A stretch of 64,000 nt of DNA from Deltaproteobacteria bacterium. GTDB lineage: Bacteria; Myxococcota_A; Polyangia; JAAYKL01. Within the stretch, counting starts at the first letter, position 1; each line of letters opens with the position of its first letter. The notes beneath the pieces are model-generated. The model worked only from the letters and a program-made list of their open reading frames with translations, was not told where the DNA came from and did not search any database. A program made the translations under genes and the position numbers. The stretch is from positions 49,237-113,236 of the forward strand of contig JAFGQN010000203.1 of assembly GCA_016935665.1 (NCBI GenBank), read 5' to 3'. Shown here in pieces: positions 8,673 through 19,258 of the stretch.

Positions 8673-10649
8673 TTAACGCTGCAACGAGACAGCCAACATC
8701 TTTTCCAATTCGCGCAGTTCTTTTTGGAAACCTCCGCTTAGGATGGGAAAGCGGCACCAGGTTTTTGGGTCCAGGTTTTTGTCGTCCAGATGGAACGACG
8801 GCGCGTAACGTTCGCGTTTCCATTGGTTGCGCGACCAGAGCGTAAAAAATCGTTTAATCCACTCTTTAAGCGTTTGTTCAGGCACATCCAATTCCAGCTT
8901 TAGTCGCTTGTAAATGTGCACCGGCCCTTTGCGGTCACGGATGGCCAGCTTTTCAATATCCTCAAGTACAGAGTATGGCATTAAATCCGTTTCATCGGTT
9001 TGCGCCGATGATAATGGACGCAACTCTGCAGTTGGATTCTGTGATGTGATAACCGTTAAAAATGTCATTGGGGCCAAATCGGCCACGCCGGATGCTTCAA
9101 CTTCGGATAGCCAGGTGAGCAGGTAGGCTTTGTCTATGCCGGCAATGGGGCTAAGTCCGCCGCTGGTATCACCGTCCATCGTGGCATAGCCCACTGCGGC
9201 TTCGGAACGGTTGCTGGTTGAAATCAGCAGCGCCCCTTTCACATTTGCCAGCATCCACACACCGGGTGCCCGAACCCGCGCCTGAATGTTTTGCAATGCC
9301 AAATCATCCTGTTCCCAGGTGAGGTTGCGCTCCAGGGATTTTTCGAGGATGCCTGTATACGACGAAACCATCGCGTCCACGTCCCAGTGAAAGAACTGCG
9401 CACCAACAGATTCGGCAACGATCTGCGCCGCCTTAAGGGTGGTGGTGGAGCTGTTGCGGGTGCTCTGATAAACGCACGTCAGCATTGCGGCCATCAATTC
9501 GTCTGCAGTTGTGGCGTCCGCCGGCAGAAAACCGGCACGGCGTTTCATTTCGGTTTGCCCGATTTCCTCCAACGCCAGTTCTACCATTATTCGAATCAGC
9601 ACCGCCACCGCACCGGAATCGGCGCCACCGCTGAGGGACAGGATAAATCCTCTGGAACGGCTTTTGGTCATGTAGTCAAATAGCCCAAGTGATACAGCCC
9701 GGGCAAACTCCTCTGCCTTTCCCATTGTCGTATCCCGTACTGGTTTTGACACCAGGGGCGCAGAAGGCGTCTGAAAGTGGGCGGTCGATATTACCACATC
9801 ATTTAGCGATTTATCTGCTCTGGCAGCGGGGCGCTGCGTTTTTTGCATCCGGGTGTCTTCAATGTCCACATCGTGGGTGAGCAACTCCACGGTTTTGAAT
9901 GAAAAGCGTTTGCCGGTCGCTACCATTTTTCCCGCGGACGCAATAAGGGCACCGCCATCGTAAACAATCCGACCCGCTTCGTTTCCCACCAGATTGGCAT
10001 ACACATATGTTGAAGCGAATGCACGGGATCCTTCCCGGACAAACGATTTTCGCGTCTCATGTTTACCAAAGCTAAAGTGGCTGGCACTGGGGTTCAGAAT
10101 AATATCGACGCCACGCCGGGCCAACTGTATACCCGGGCGTTCGGCCACCCATGCGTCTTCACAGATTTCGAAACCCACGCGAATGCCATTAATGGCAAAT
10201 AACAAATCACCAAACGGAACCGCCTCATTGTCTATCAGCAGAGTTCCGCGTTTGCCCCCTGGCCACGGTTTAAACCACCTGGGCTCATAGTGAATGCCAT
10301 CGCCTGCAAGAAACTGCTTGGCCACAATTCCGCATATTCGGGTATCGTTAATCAACGCAACGCAGTTATACAATGCGTTTTCAAAATTCACCGGGAGTCC
10401 CACGGCGACTGTAATGCCCGTGCATTCCGCAGCAATTTCCAAAAGGCATGACATGGCCATCTGTTGCAGTGAGGGTGAAAGAAACGCATCTTCACATCCA
10501 TACCCGGAAATGACGAGTTCCGGCAGGCACAGCAAGGACACATTCTTCGACTGGGCAAGACCAATGGCCTGTTTGATATGATTTGTATTGAGCTCCCAGT
10601 GGAGCGGCGTCTGATTCAGGGTGGCGGCTGCTACGCGCAATAGCTTCAT
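8673..10649 (-). CDS. nadE: Glutamine-dependent NAD+ synthetase (N-terminal CN-hydrolase domain + NAD synthase domain)
   Basis: N-terminal nitrilase-like domain (MKLLRVAAATLNQTPL...LCLPELVISGYGCEDAF) and C-terminal SLSGGADS P-loop. Start taken at the MKLL ATG (10649). Confidence 0.85.
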   Translation of the reverse strand: MKLLRVAAATLNQTPLHWELNTNHIKQAIGLAQSKNVSLLCLPELVISGYGCEDAFLSPSLQQMAMSCLLEIAAECTGITVAVGLPVNFENALYNCVALINDTRICGIVAKQFLAGDGIHYEPRWFKPWPGGKRGTLLIDNEAVPFGDLLFAINGIRVGFEICEDAWVAERPGIQLARRGVDIILNPSASHFSFGKHETRKSFVREGSRAFASTYVYANLVGNEAGRIVYDGGALIASAGKMVATGKRFSFKTVELLTHDVDIEDTRMQKTQRPAARADKSLNDVVISTAHFQTPSAPLVSKPVRDTTMGKAEEFARAVSLGLFDYMTKSRSRGFILSLSGGADSGAVAVLIRIMVELALEEIGQTEMKRRAGFLPADATTADELMAAMLTCVYQSTRNSSTTTLKAAQIVAESVGAQFFHWDVDAMVSSYTGILEKSLERNLTWEQDDLALQNIQARVRAPGVWMLANVKGALLISTSNRSEAAVGYATMDGDTSGGLSPIAGIDKAYLLTWLSEVEASGVADLAPMTFLTVITSQNPTAELRPLSSAQTDETDLMPYSVLEDIEKLAIRDRKGPVHIYKRLKLELDVPEQTLKEWIKRFFTLWSRNQWKRERYAPSFHLDDKNLDPKTWCRFPILSGGFQKELRELEKMLAVSLQR

Positions 10650-10751
10650 GGTTGCCCCGGTGTCACCCGCATGCAACTGTCGGGTGAAAAATAAATGGTT
10701 TGCTGACACATCATTTGCATTATTATTAAGGAGTGTAAAGGATTAATAAAC

Positions 10752-11675
10752 ATGCGAACGGATACCGTCGACACACAGTTCTTCCAGAGGAATGAAGCAC
10801 TTGTTGCAATCACTGTGTCACTTTTGCTGACCGTCGGAAACTCGGGATGTTTTTCGGCAGATGGACGCGAACCCACGGGGGCAATTCCCCAACCCAATGC
10901 GGGGATTATGGACACGGTACAGCGACGCTCACCCCCGGAGGTAAAAAAAGTCCCTGAAATAGAGCGTCCGCAGCCGCGGTTTCCCGTACGTCAAACGCCA
11001 GAATCGTTAACCGTACCCGGGTTTGAACCGGCAGCGTTTGTTACCCCCTCAGAAGACACCGGGCAGGCCAGACCTGTGATCATTGTGTTGCATGGCAATT
11101 TCGATCGCCCTGAATGGCAGTGCGAAATGTGGCAGGAAGTTGGCTCGTGGCATGGATGGATTCTGTGTCCACGGGGCGTGCGAACCCCGTTTGCTACATT
11201 GGCAGAAGACCGGTGGACCTACAAAGGCGGCGCTCCGGCGATATCAGCGGAAATGATTGCTGCTTTGGACGCTTTGGATGCGCGGTTTCCGGGTGCGGTT
11301 TTGCGACGCGGATTGATATTGGTGGGATTTTCTCTGGGCGCCATACGTTTACCGGAATTGATTCGGTTGCATCCGGACACTTTTGAAACGGTTTTTTTAA
11401 TTGAAGGGGGATTAAAACAGCTGGAAGCGGGGTTGCCGATGATGAAGAAAAATGGTGTAAAACGAATTGGCCTGGCCATGAGCACGGCTGGCAACCGACA
11501 AAACGTTTCAGTTGTGCAAAATAAAATTAAGCGTTACGGCCTTCGTTCCGTATATGTAGATATGAAGGGAGCAGGACACAATTATCGCTCGGATTTCGGG
11601 AGAACTGGAAATCGAGCACTACACCAGCTACTGGATACCGTTGAAATGACTCAGGCTGCAGAGGCCGACAAATGA
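10752..11675 (+). CDS. Alpha/beta-hydrolase fold protein (esterase / lipase-like), probably exported
   Basis: G-x-S-x-G nucleophile elbow (LILVGFSLGA). HGNFDRPEW and downstream His/Asp are consistent with an alpha/beta hydrolase. N-terminal hydrophobic segment. Confidence 0.6.
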   Translation: MRTDTVDTQFFQRNEALVAITVSLLLTVGNSGCFSADGREPTGAIPQPNAGIMDTVQRRSPPEVKKVPEIERPQPRFPVRQTPESLTVPGFEPAAFVTPSEDTGQARPVIIVLHGNFDRPEWQCEMWQEVGSWHGWILCPRGVRTPFATLAEDRWTYKGGAPAISAEMIAALDALDARFPGAVLRRGLILVGFSLGAIRLPELIRLHPDTFETVFLIEGGLKQLEAGLPMMKKNGVKRIGLAMSTAGNRQNVSVVQNKIKRYGLRSVYVDMKGAGHNYRSDFGRTGNRALHQLLDTVEMTQAAEADK

Positions 11676-12499
11676 AAGCGACACAAAAACTCATGCGACA
11701 TATCATATTTTTCTGCCTTTCCAGTTTTTTATTGCTGGCGTGCAGCAGCGATCTTATTCAATCCAAACCGACGCCAGCGTTCCAATCCAGAATCCAGGGA
11801 TGGCAGGATGACAGTTCCACCGTTTCATCCAGAGGTCTGCAATCTCTGTTGGAAGAGAATGTCGTTGCCCAGTTGCCTCCCCTTAACAGTAAAGAGACAC
11901 CGGTACTGTTCGTGCGCGGGAGTTTACGGGCGGATGAAAAGGGTAGTGTGCTGGTGCTGGAGGGACGTTTTCTGCATTTCGATGTCCAAAGCAACTCTCA
12001 TGTCCCTGTAAAAGTGATTGTTATGGGGAGCATTGAGGGAACAGGCAGGGGAAAAAAGGAACGACTGCTGAAAGGGGTTTTGGGGGATATGAAAAACGGT
12101 TTGGCGTCAAACATTCGGATCTGTAACGGTAATCCGAAGCAATGGATTGCGGCACTGGATTCTCCGGAGCCAGATGAACAAATACTGGCGCTGACTCTGC
12201 TGAAATTGCACCAGGAGAAATCCGCTGTGGGCAAAGTGATTGATATGCTTGATGATCCCAGAAGCGAAGTGGGCACGGCCGCTGCGGAAACCGCAGCTGT
12301 AATCGCCAGTCAGAAGCATGCGGATATGGTGATTGGGCAGGCCCATAAAGGGGGTGTGGAAGTGGAAGCGCGATGTATTCTTGTGCTGTCCCGGATTGGC
12401 GGGGCCAATGCCATTGCCTGGCTTGAAATGCTGGCAGTGGGGCACCAGAACTCTCAACTCCGAGAGCTTAGCTTTAATGCATTAAAAAGATTGAAATAA
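11672..12499 (+). CDS. Lipoprotein with C-terminal HEAT / PBS-lyase-like repeats
   Basis: Lipobox FLLLACSSD. Start overlaps the upstream stop (ATGA). The C-terminus has repeated helical LxxLxD...AAxALxxIG motifs. Confidence 0.45.
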   Translation: MKATQKLMRHIIFFCLSSFLLLACSSDLIQSKPTPAFQSRIQGWQDDSSTVSSRGLQSLLEENVVAQLPPLNSKETPVLFVRGSLRADEKGSVLVLEGRFLHFDVQSNSHVPVKVIVMGSIEGTGRGKKERLLKGVLGDMKNGLASNIRICNGNPKQWIAALDSPEPDEQILALTLLKLHQEKSAVGKVIDMLDDPRSEVGTAAAETAAVIASQKHADMVIGQAHKGGVEVEARCILVLSRIGGANAIAWLEMLAVGHQNSQLRELSFNALKRLK

Positions 12500-12621
12500 T
12501 CCGTATGCCATTTTATAAAGGTTGGCCCTTCGGCTCCATAGCTGTCATTGTGCTATTGTAACTTGCCAGTTGGGTCGGAGTTGGACGGCGGAATTATCTT
12601 GAAAGAAATTGGAGTAACTGG

Positions 12622-13653
12622 ATGCAACGGGCCGCTTTGGATTGGAAGAATTTGGGATTTACTTACCGGAAAACGGATTACAACATCCGGTACACCTGGA
12701 AAGATGGTGACTGGGACAACGGTGTAATCACCGATGATGAGTATATTCCAATGCATATGGCTGCGACCTGTCTTCACTATGGACAGGAAGCGTTTGAAGG
12801 CCTTAAGGTATACGAGCAGAAAAACGGTGATGTGGTCGTTTTCAGAGATGTTGAAAATGCCCGGCGCATGATTCGATCTTGTGAAAAGATTTACATGCCT
12901 ATCGTTCCTGAGGCAATGTTTCAGGATGCTATCAATCGTGTGGTGGACGCCAACCGGCGTTATGTACCACCCTTTGGGACCGGTGCGACACTGTATGTTC
13001 GACCGCTGCTCATTGGCACCGGTGCGCGAATAGGCGTGCGGCCTGCCGATGAATATATGTTTATAGTAATGGTGACTCCGGTCGGTCCCTATTTTAAAGC
13101 GGGATTTAAACCGGTGTCGCTGGTTATTGAAGAGGAGTTCGATCGTGCAGCTCCCAATGGCGTCGGCGACGTGAAGGTAGGCGGCAACTACGCGGCTGGA
13201 TTGCGGGCCAGCTTCAAGGCAAAAGCCAATGGGTTCACCGAGGCTCTGTACCTGGATGCCCGGGAAAAGAAGTATCTCGATGAATCCGGGCCTGCCAACT
13301 TTTTTGGAATCACCCAGGACGGGCAGTATGTGACGCCCGCCAGTCATTCTGTTTTGCCATCAATCACGAATATGTCACTCCTGCAGATTGCTGACGATAT
13401 GGGATTGCGACCTCAGCAGCGCCCCATCGAAGTGAATGAGATTTTTAATTTTGTGGATGCAGGCTGCTGTGGCACTGCTGCTGTCATTACGCCGGTGAAG
13501 TCCATTACATGGAGAGATAAAGAAGCCGTGTACTGCAGCGATGATATGCCAGGCGAATATTGCGCCAGACTCTATAATCGACTGGTGAATATTCAGCTGG
13601 GAATTGAGGAAGATATCCACGGCTGGATTCGCAGACTGCCGTTGACTGACTGA
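12622..13653 (+). CDS. ilvE: Branched-chain amino acid aminotransferase (class IV PLP enzyme)
   Basis: EGLKVYEQKNG...VFRDVENARRMIRSCEKIYMP; PLP Lys in GDVKVGGNYAAGL; GTGATLYVRPLLIGTGARIGVRPADEYMF. Confidence 0.85.
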   Translation: MQRAALDWKNLGFTYRKTDYNIRYTWKDGDWDNGVITDDEYIPMHMAATCLHYGQEAFEGLKVYEQKNGDVVVFRDVENARRMIRSCEKIYMPIVPEAMFQDAINRVVDANRRYVPPFGTGATLYVRPLLIGTGARIGVRPADEYMFIVMVTPVGPYFKAGFKPVSLVIEEEFDRAAPNGVGDVKVGGNYAAGLRASFKAKANGFTEALYLDAREKKYLDESGPANFFGITQDGQYVTPASHSVLPSITNMSLLQIADDMGLRPQQRPIEVNEIFNFVDAGCCGTAAVITPVKSITWRDKEAVYCSDDMPGEYCARLYNRLVNIQLGIEEDIHGWIRRLPLTD

Positions 13654-13666
13654 TAAACGGGCTTTG

Positions 13667-14086
13667 CTAACGCCGCTTCTTTTTTTTCGGAATTTCCATG
13701 ATTGCAATTTCCACTTCAATAATGCCTTGACGAATCATGTCCAGCCGTATGGCTGCGGCACGAGATAAATCGATTATGCGCCGACGATCGCCAAATGGCC
13801 CCCGGTCATTGATTGTTACGATTACCGACTTCATGTTGGACAGGTTGATGACTTTTACTTTGGTGCCAAATGGAAGGGTTTTGTGAGCGGCGGTCAGTTT
13901 CGTTTTGTCGTATATTTCGCCGCTGGCCGTTTTGCGACCATGAAATCTGTCCGCATAATAGGCTGCGATTCCAGATATTCTGCTTCCCGGATGAAGTGTT
14001 TTGGCACAGGCGGAAACGGAAAAGCCTTCCATAAATATCACGAGTGTAAATAGTAGAAATCTGGGAATTGGTAAAAAACGCATCAT
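13667..14086 (-). CDS. rlpA: RlpA-like lipoprotein (double-psi beta-barrel, septal-ring lytic-transglycosylase family)
   Basis: Lipobox FSVSAC. DPBB core GIAAYYADRFHGRKTASGEIYD...HKTLPFGTKVKVINLSNMKSVIVTINDRGPF. Confidence 0.8.
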   Translation of the reverse strand: MMRFLPIPRFLLFTLVIFMEGFSVSACAKTLHPGSRISGIAAYYADRFHGRKTASGEIYDKTKLTAAHKTLPFGTKVKVINLSNMKSVIVTINDRGPFGDRRRIIDLSRAAAIRLDMIRQGIIEVEIAIMEIPKKKKRR

Positions 14087-14232
14087 TCCAGCTATATCAT
14101 AGCTGCGGCATATTACGGACTTTTTTTTAAAGTGACCAGTGCAGTGGCGCGATCAGGCGGCGGTATCGAGTTCTGCCAAAGAGTAGAAAACAACGTAGAT
14201 CGGTAGTTTATCTGCCGCCTTACGCCGTCAAC

Positions 14233-14253
14233 GGCCGGGCATAAAGCCCGGTC
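14233..14253 (-). terminator. GC-rich hairpin downstream of hisG (possible intrinsic terminator with a weak U-tract)
   Basis: GGCCGGGC-ataaa-GCCCGGTCC, a stem of 8 bp with one mismatch, 35 nt past the hisG stop. No clear poly-U follows on the minus strand. Confidence 0.25.
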
Positions 14254-14286
14254 CCTATATTTCGAGAACTCGATTGCTCTGCGCGA

Positions 14287-15162
14287 TCAGGGGATTATTT
14301 TATTGATGGGGTATTCGATGATTCCTTCTGCGCCGGCTTCCTTCAGTTTAGGCAGAAGTGTGCGAACGATGGATTCTTCCACAATAATTTCGATGGCTCT
14401 CCAATTTTCATCGGTGAGATGAGAGACCGTTGGATTGTGCAGGGAGGGGAGCAGTTCAATAACGTTGTCCAGTTTATCTACAGAGCAGTTCATCTTGATG
14501 CCCACAAAACTGCGTGCGCGAATAGCCGATTCCAGCATCAGCGCAATCCGGGAGATCTTACCGCTTTTCCATTCGTCCCGCATGGCGGCTTTGTTGGCAA
14601 TAAGCCGTGTGGTGGATACCTGAATATCATCAATAATTTTAAGATTATTGGCTCGAAGCGAAGAACCTGTTTCAGTGATCTCCACAATGGCATCCGCCAA
14701 TTTTGGAGGTTTCACTTCGGTGGCGCCCCACGAAAACTCAACTTTAGCGGTTACGCCATGCTTTTTCAGATATTCCCTGGTCAGGTTCACCACTTCGGTT
14801 GCAATGGTTTTGCCTTCCAGGTCTTTGGGGCCCTTAATATCCGAATCGTTGGGAACGGCCAAAACCCAGCGGACGTTGCCATAACTGGCTTTGGCATACT
14901 CCAGTTCGGCAACCTCCTGCACATCGGAACCATTTTCAACAATCCAGTCCAGACCGGTCAACCCCAGGTCCAGAATGCCGTTCTCCACGTATCTCGACAT
15001 TTCCTGCGCGCGAATCAGCATGCATTCAATCTCTGTATCATCAATGGATGGGTAGTAACTTCTGGACCGAAAAGTTATATTATATCCCGCTTTGGCAAAT
15101 AGAGCGGCAGTACTTTCCTGAAGGCTGCCTTTGGGGATTCCCAATTTCAAAGTCCGACTCAT
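14287..15162 (-). CDS. hisG: ATP phosphoribosyltransferase, long form
   Basis: [28 protein letters not shown]-terminus plus a C-terminal regulatory domain. Start at the ATG preceded by GGAGGG (15162); the track ORF begins 14 codons earlier. Confidence 0.85.
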   Translation of the reverse strand: MSRTLKLGIPKGSLQESTAALFAKAGYNITFRSRSYYPSIDDTEIECMLIRAQEMSRYVENGILDLGLTGLDWIVENGSDVQEVAELEYAKASYGNVRWVLAVPNDSDIKGPKDLEGKTIATEVVNLTREYLKKHGVTAKVEFSWGATEVKPPKLADAIVEITETGSSLRANNLKIIDDIQVSTTRLIANKAAMRDEWKSGKISRIALMLESAIRARSFVGIKMNCSVDKLDNVIELLPSLHNPTVSHLTDENWRAIEIIVEESIVRTLLPKLKEAGAEGIIEYPINKIIP

Positions 15163-15175
15163 ATCATTCCCTCCG

Positions 15176-15556
15176 TTATTTCTTGTACACCTCGCTCGGA
15201 TCAAAGACGAGCTCTTCCACTATTTTCAATTCACCGCTGTCATCCAGCTTCCGATAGAAACAGGAATTGTATCCCTTGTGACATGCTGCATTGCCAATCT
15301 GGTTGACTTTGACAAGAACCGTGTCCTCGTCGCAATCCACATAAATTTCTTTTACTTCCTGAATGTTGCCCGAGCTTTCACCTTTTACCCACAACTGATC
15401 GCGGGAACGGGAGTAAAAAGTGGCTTTTTGGGTTTTTACAGTATGATCAAAGGCTTCCTGATTCATAAATGCCACCATCAGGACTTTTCCAGTCTCAAAA
15501 TCCTGCACGATAGCTGGCAGAAGGCCGTTTCCTAATTTGTCAAAGTTTAGTTTCAT
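15176..15556 (-). CDS. hisI: Phosphoribosyl-AMP cyclohydrolase (stand-alone HisI)
   Basis: [25 protein letters not shown]...[19 protein letters not shown]...VDCDEDTVL...[11 protein letters not shown]. Lies 13 bp upstream of hisG on the same strand. Confidence 0.85.
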   Translation of the reverse strand: MKLNFDKLGNGLLPAIVQDFETGKVLMVAFMNQEAFDHTVKTQKATFYSRSRDQLWVKGESSGNIQEVKEIYVDCDEDTVLVKVNQIGNAACHKGYNSCFYRKLDDSGELKIVEELVFDPSEVYKK

Positions 15557-15706
15557 TTTGAGTTTACTCCATTAATGGCTGGATTATCGAGTATTTGCGA
15601 ACAAAGACACGCGGATAATAGAGAATATTTTTTGTTTTGCAACGGCAGATTTCGGTTTTGCGAGAAAAAAACAGTGGTGAGAAATAATGCTACGGCAAAA
15701 AAAAGA

Positions 15707-16597
15707 TTATTCAGCGGCCTCAGCAGCGGGTTTAGCGGCGGCGGCAGGCTTGGCAGCGGGTTTAGCGGCGGCGGCAGGCTTGGCAACGGGTTTAGCGCCG
15801 GCAGGTTTGACTGCGGGTTTAGCGCCAGGCCCAGGGGCTGCTGCCGTATCTTCTGCTACGATTTCCAACAATTCAATGTCAAAAATGAGAGCGCTGTTGG
15901 GACCAATTTTTGAACCCGCGCCTCTTTCACCGTAACCCAAATCCGGTGGAATGAACAGTTTCCATTTGGAACCGACCGGCATAAGTTGAAGCGCTTCAGT
16001 CCAGCCTTTTACGACTCTGCCCACAGGGAACGTGGCGGGACGATTGCGCTTGTGGGAACTGTCAAACTCACTGCCATCAATCAACGTACCCGTATAGTGC
16101 ACGGAAACGCGATCTTCCAGAGTGGGTTTGGGGCCATCGCCTTCTTTGACGATTTGGTACTGAAGGCCGGATTCCGTGGTGATAATGCCTTCTTTCTTTT
16201 TATTTTCTTCAAGGAAATCGTCGGCTTTCTTTTTGTTTTCAGCGGCGGCTGCGTCACGCTCTTTACGCTCTTCTTCTCTACGGATTTTGGAATGCTCCCG
16301 TTTGGTTTCGATTCTTTCCTTGTCATCCAGTAATCCGCTTTCGGGATCGTCGCTATCGCTCATTCCATCGACAACACCTTTGAGAAAAATATCGTCTTTC
16401 AAATTCATTTTGTTTCGGGCGGCTGAGCGGCCGACGTCGTATCCCACTGCGTAATTGAGTTTATCATTCAAATCCTTCAAATCGGATTTGGTCACTTCCT
16501 TTTTGGCTTCTTTTTCAGGCTGCTTACATTCTGGACATGGTTTATTGCATGCAACAAGCAACAATGTGATGGCACAAGCGATAATTCCTTTGTACAT
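15707..16597 (-). CDS. FKBP-type peptidyl-prolyl cis-trans isomerase lipoprotein with a C-terminal Ala/Lys/Pro-rich tail
   Basis: Lipobox LLLVAC. N-terminal dimerisation-like helices. FKBP domain [37 protein letters not shown]...[29 protein letters not shown]. Tail [34 protein letters not shown]. Confidence 0.8.
   Translation of the reverse strand: MYKGIIACAITLLLVACNKPCPECKQPEKEAKKEVTKSDLKDLNDKLNYAVGYDVGRSAARNKMNLKDDIFLKGVVDGMSDSDDPESGLLDDKERIETKREHSKIRREEERKERDAAAAENKKKADDFLEENKKKEGIITTESGLQYQIVKEGDGPKPTLEDRVSVHYTGTLIDGSEFDSSHKRNRPATFPVGRVVKGWTEALQLMPVGSKWKLFIPPDLGYGERGAGSKIGPNSALIFDIELLEIVAEDTAAAPGPGAKPAVKPAGAKPVAKPAAAAKPAAKPAAAAKPAAEAAE
15726..15815 (-). repeat. 30-bp tandem repeat x3 encoding the AKPAA low-complexity tail of the FKBP gene
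   Basis: gcgggtttagcggcggcggcaggcttggca repeated at 15726, 15756 and 15786 (third copy degenerate). Confidence 0.8.
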
Positions 16598-16896
16598 GGC
16601 ACTCTCCTTTGTCAGTTAGCGTTGTACATCTTCTTAAAATTGAAAACGGATACTTTCAGTTCCAGCGGCATCCGTCAATGCTGAAATCATTTTTTTTCAT
16701 TTCCCGTGTATTCGTCACAAATATCTCTGTTTGTGGTGCATGTACATCGGAACAACCGATTTCTCAAAATATTTCCTGTAAAAATCGAGCAATCTGGGGT
16801 ATAGCATATCGTACAATGACAAATGGAAATTGTTTTTCGGTTAATTTTAAAGGATTCCAAAATTAAAAAACGAAGGAACTTTGCTTATCTCATCCT

Positions 16897-18474
16897 GTGA
16901 GTGACACGCCACTTCAGTCAAAGAACGAGGAAAATCAGGTGACATCCAAAAAAACAGCTGTGATTATTGGCGCGGGCCCCGCTGGACTTACCGCGGCATA
17001 CGAATTGGTAAATCGAACAAATATAACACCTCTGATAATCGAAGCGACAGACGCCATCGGGGGGATTTCCAAAACAGTGAATTACAAGGGAAACAGAATG
17101 GATATTGGTGGCCATCGGTTTTTTTCGAAATCCAAAAAAGTGATGGACTGGTGGTTGAATATTCTTCCCCTTGAGGAAACCGCGTCGGATTTGCCAGGGT
17201 ATTCGACTGCTCATTTGACCCGGCGGGCCAACGCGGCGGAGCAGGACGCGGTAATGCTGGTCCGCAATCGGCTATCCAGAATATATTATCTGCGTAAATT
17301 TTTTGATTATCCGATTACCCTGAACTGGAATACTATTTCCAATCTGGGTATTTTTCGAATGGGAGAACTGGGGCTTTCATACTTAAACGCAACGCTGTTT
17401 CCCATTCGCAACGAGCAATCTCTCGAAGATTTTCTGGTAAACCGCTTTGGCAAACGCCTGTATCGGACATTTTTTAAAGACTACACCGAAAAAGTCTGGG
17501 GGGTGCCCTGCAAGGAGATTGGCGCAGACTGGGGCGCTCAGCGAATCAAAGGTCTATCCATTCGGAAGGCTTTGGGGCATGCCGTTTCACAGGTTTTAAA
17601 ATCGCAAAAAGCGCTGGCCACGCAAAAAGTTGAGACGAGCCTGATTAATCGGTTTCTGTATCCAAAATTTGGACCGGGGCAGTTGTGGGAGAACGTGGCC
17701 GCACAGGTGGTTGAAAAGGGCGCGTGCATCCAGATGAACGAACGTGTGGTCGGGATTGACGTTTCTGATGGTAAAGTGATCTCGGTGACGACAGCCAACA
17801 GTGAAGGCCGTGAAACAAAATACCAGGCGGACTATGTTTTTTCGACAATGCCCGTGAAAGATTTGGTTGTGGCCATGGGGACGGTGCCGCCAAACAACGT
17901 GAAGCGCGTGGCCGACGGCTTGATGTACCGGGATTTTGTCACGGTGGGGTTGCTGCTTAAAAAAATGAAGGGGGATTTAAACGGCATCAGGGATAACTGG
18001 ATATACATACAGGAATCAGATGTAAAAATAGGGCGGCTTCAGGTGTTCAACAATTGGAGCCCGTACATGGTGGCCGATTCCGCCAACGTCTGGCTGGGAC
18101 TTGAATATTTTTGCAACGAAGGCGACGAACTGTGGCAAATGACCGATGACGAATTCGCGCAATTCGCCATTTCGGAGATGACAAAAATCGATATGATTGA
18201 ACAGGATGACGTCATCGATGCCAAGACGATTCGGGTACCCAAAACCTATCCCGGATATTTTGGAACCTACAGTGAGTTCAGCGTTGTTGAATCCTGGATG
18301 AATACTATCGAAAATCTATATCTGGTGGGCCGAAACGGAATGCATCGATACAACAACCAGGATCACTCAATGCTATCGGCGATAACTGCAGTAGACAATA
18401 TCATTGAAGGTCGAATCGATAAATCCAATATCTGGGCGGTCAATACAGAAGACGAGTATCACGAAGAAAAATAG
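16897..18474 (+). CDS. NAD(P)/FAD-dependent oxidoreductase (amine-oxidase / UDP-galactopyranose-mutase-like Rossmann enzyme)
   Basis: N-terminal dinucleotide-binding motif [17 protein letters not shown] and GGHRFFSK. 525 aa. A GTG at 16939 is an alternative start. Confidence 0.6.
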   Translation: MSDTPLQSKNEENQVTSKKTAVIIGAGPAGLTAAYELVNRTNITPLIIEATDAIGGISKTVNYKGNRMDIGGHRFFSKSKKVMDWWLNILPLEETASDLPGYSTAHLTRRANAAEQDAVMLVRNRLSRIYYLRKFFDYPITLNWNTISNLGIFRMGELGLSYLNATLFPIRNEQSLEDFLVNRFGKRLYRTFFKDYTEKVWGVPCKEIGADWGAQRIKGLSIRKALGHAVSQVLKSQKALATQKVETSLINRFLYPKFGPGQLWENVAAQVVEKGACIQMNERVVGIDVSDGKVISVTTANSEGRETKYQADYVFSTMPVKDLVVAMGTVPPNNVKRVADGLMYRDFVTVGLLLKKMKGDLNGIRDNWIYIQESDVKIGRLQVFNNWSPYMVADSANVWLGLEYFCNEGDELWQMTDDEFAQFAISEMTKIDMIEQDDVIDAKTIRVPKTYPGYFGTYSEFSVVESWMNTIENLYLVGRNGMHRYNNQDHSMLSAITAVDNIIEGRIDKSNIWAVNTEDEYHEEK

Positions 18475-18489
18475 ATTGGGACCCACCCC

Positions 18490-19113
18490 TTAAAGACGCC
18501 GATAGACACCCATCACAACACCCAGTAACTGCATGGGGAGAAAATCCTGACGACGAACCATGACAGGTGAGCAGTTGCTGTTGGCGGGCACAAAGCGGAT
18601 ATGGTCCCGCTCTGGATGATAATAGCGCACTGCTGCATTGTCTCCCAGAAGCGCCACCACCACATCGCCTTTTTCGGCAAACATCTGCTTTTTAACAAAG
18701 ATAAAATCGCCATTGTGAATTCCAGCCTGCAACATGGCATCGCCGTTCACCCACATGCCAAATACTTCTTTGGTATTGCCAAGCAGGAACCGGTCAACGG
18801 TGATGTAATCTTCGATGTTCTGTTCTGAGAGAACAGGCTGTCCGGCAGTAACGCGACCCACAACTGGAATTTTAACCGTATCAGACTGCTTTTTGTCTTC
18901 CATGTTGACAGGCCTTAGCGCACGCGATTTCATGTCTTCGCGTTTTAAATACCCTTTGCGCTCCAATGCTCTCAAATGGTCGTTCACACCGTTGGTCGAA
19001 CGAATTCCCATGTGTCGTCCAATTTCACGCAACGTTGGGGGGTAACCGCGTTCTGTAATGGAGCTGGTGATGTAGTCGAGCACTTTTTCCTGTCTTTTGG
19101 TCAATCCTTGCAT
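18490..19113 (-). CDS. lexA: LexA-family repressor with Ala at the catalytic-Ser position (wHTH + S24 peptidase-like domain)
   Basis: wHTH MQGLTKRQEKVLDYITSSITERGYPPTLREIGRHMGIRSTNGVNDHLRALERKGYL. Ala-Gly cleavage site (RVTAGQPV) and Lys (FIFVKKQ) are present, but the GDSM nucleophile motif reads GDAM (codon gcc, checked in the nucleotide sequence). Start ATG preceded by GGAGGAAAAAAAAACGT. Confidence 0.8.
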   Translation of the reverse strand: MQGLTKRQEKVLDYITSSITERGYPPTLREIGRHMGIRSTNGVNDHLRALERKGYLKREDMKSRALRPVNMEDKKQSDTVKIPVVGRVTAGQPVLSEQNIEDYITVDRFLLGNTKEVFGMWVNGDAMLQAGIHNGDFIFVKKQMFAEKGDVVVALLGDNAAVRYYHPERDHIRFVPANSNCSPVMVRRQDFLPMQLLGVVMGVYRRL

Positions 19114-19141
19114 ACGTTTTTTTTTCCTCCACAAACGACAA

Positions 19142-19157
19142 CTGTTATTGGGTGCAG
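19142..19157. promoter_or_regulatory. Candidate LexA (SOS) box CTGT-N8-GCAG upstream of lexA
   Basis: CTGTTATTGGGTGCAG lies 29 bp upstream of the lexA ATG. It has one mismatch to the proteobacterial CTGT-N8-ACAG consensus, and the LexA box of this lineage is unknown. Confidence 0.2.
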
Positions 19158-19258
19158 TAAGTGATAGTGATACTACTGAACAAGAGAATACAGAGTCAAA
19201 TTGTTGGCATTAATTTTGTGAAAATTATGGAATTGTTTTTGGGCAGGAGCAAATTTAA

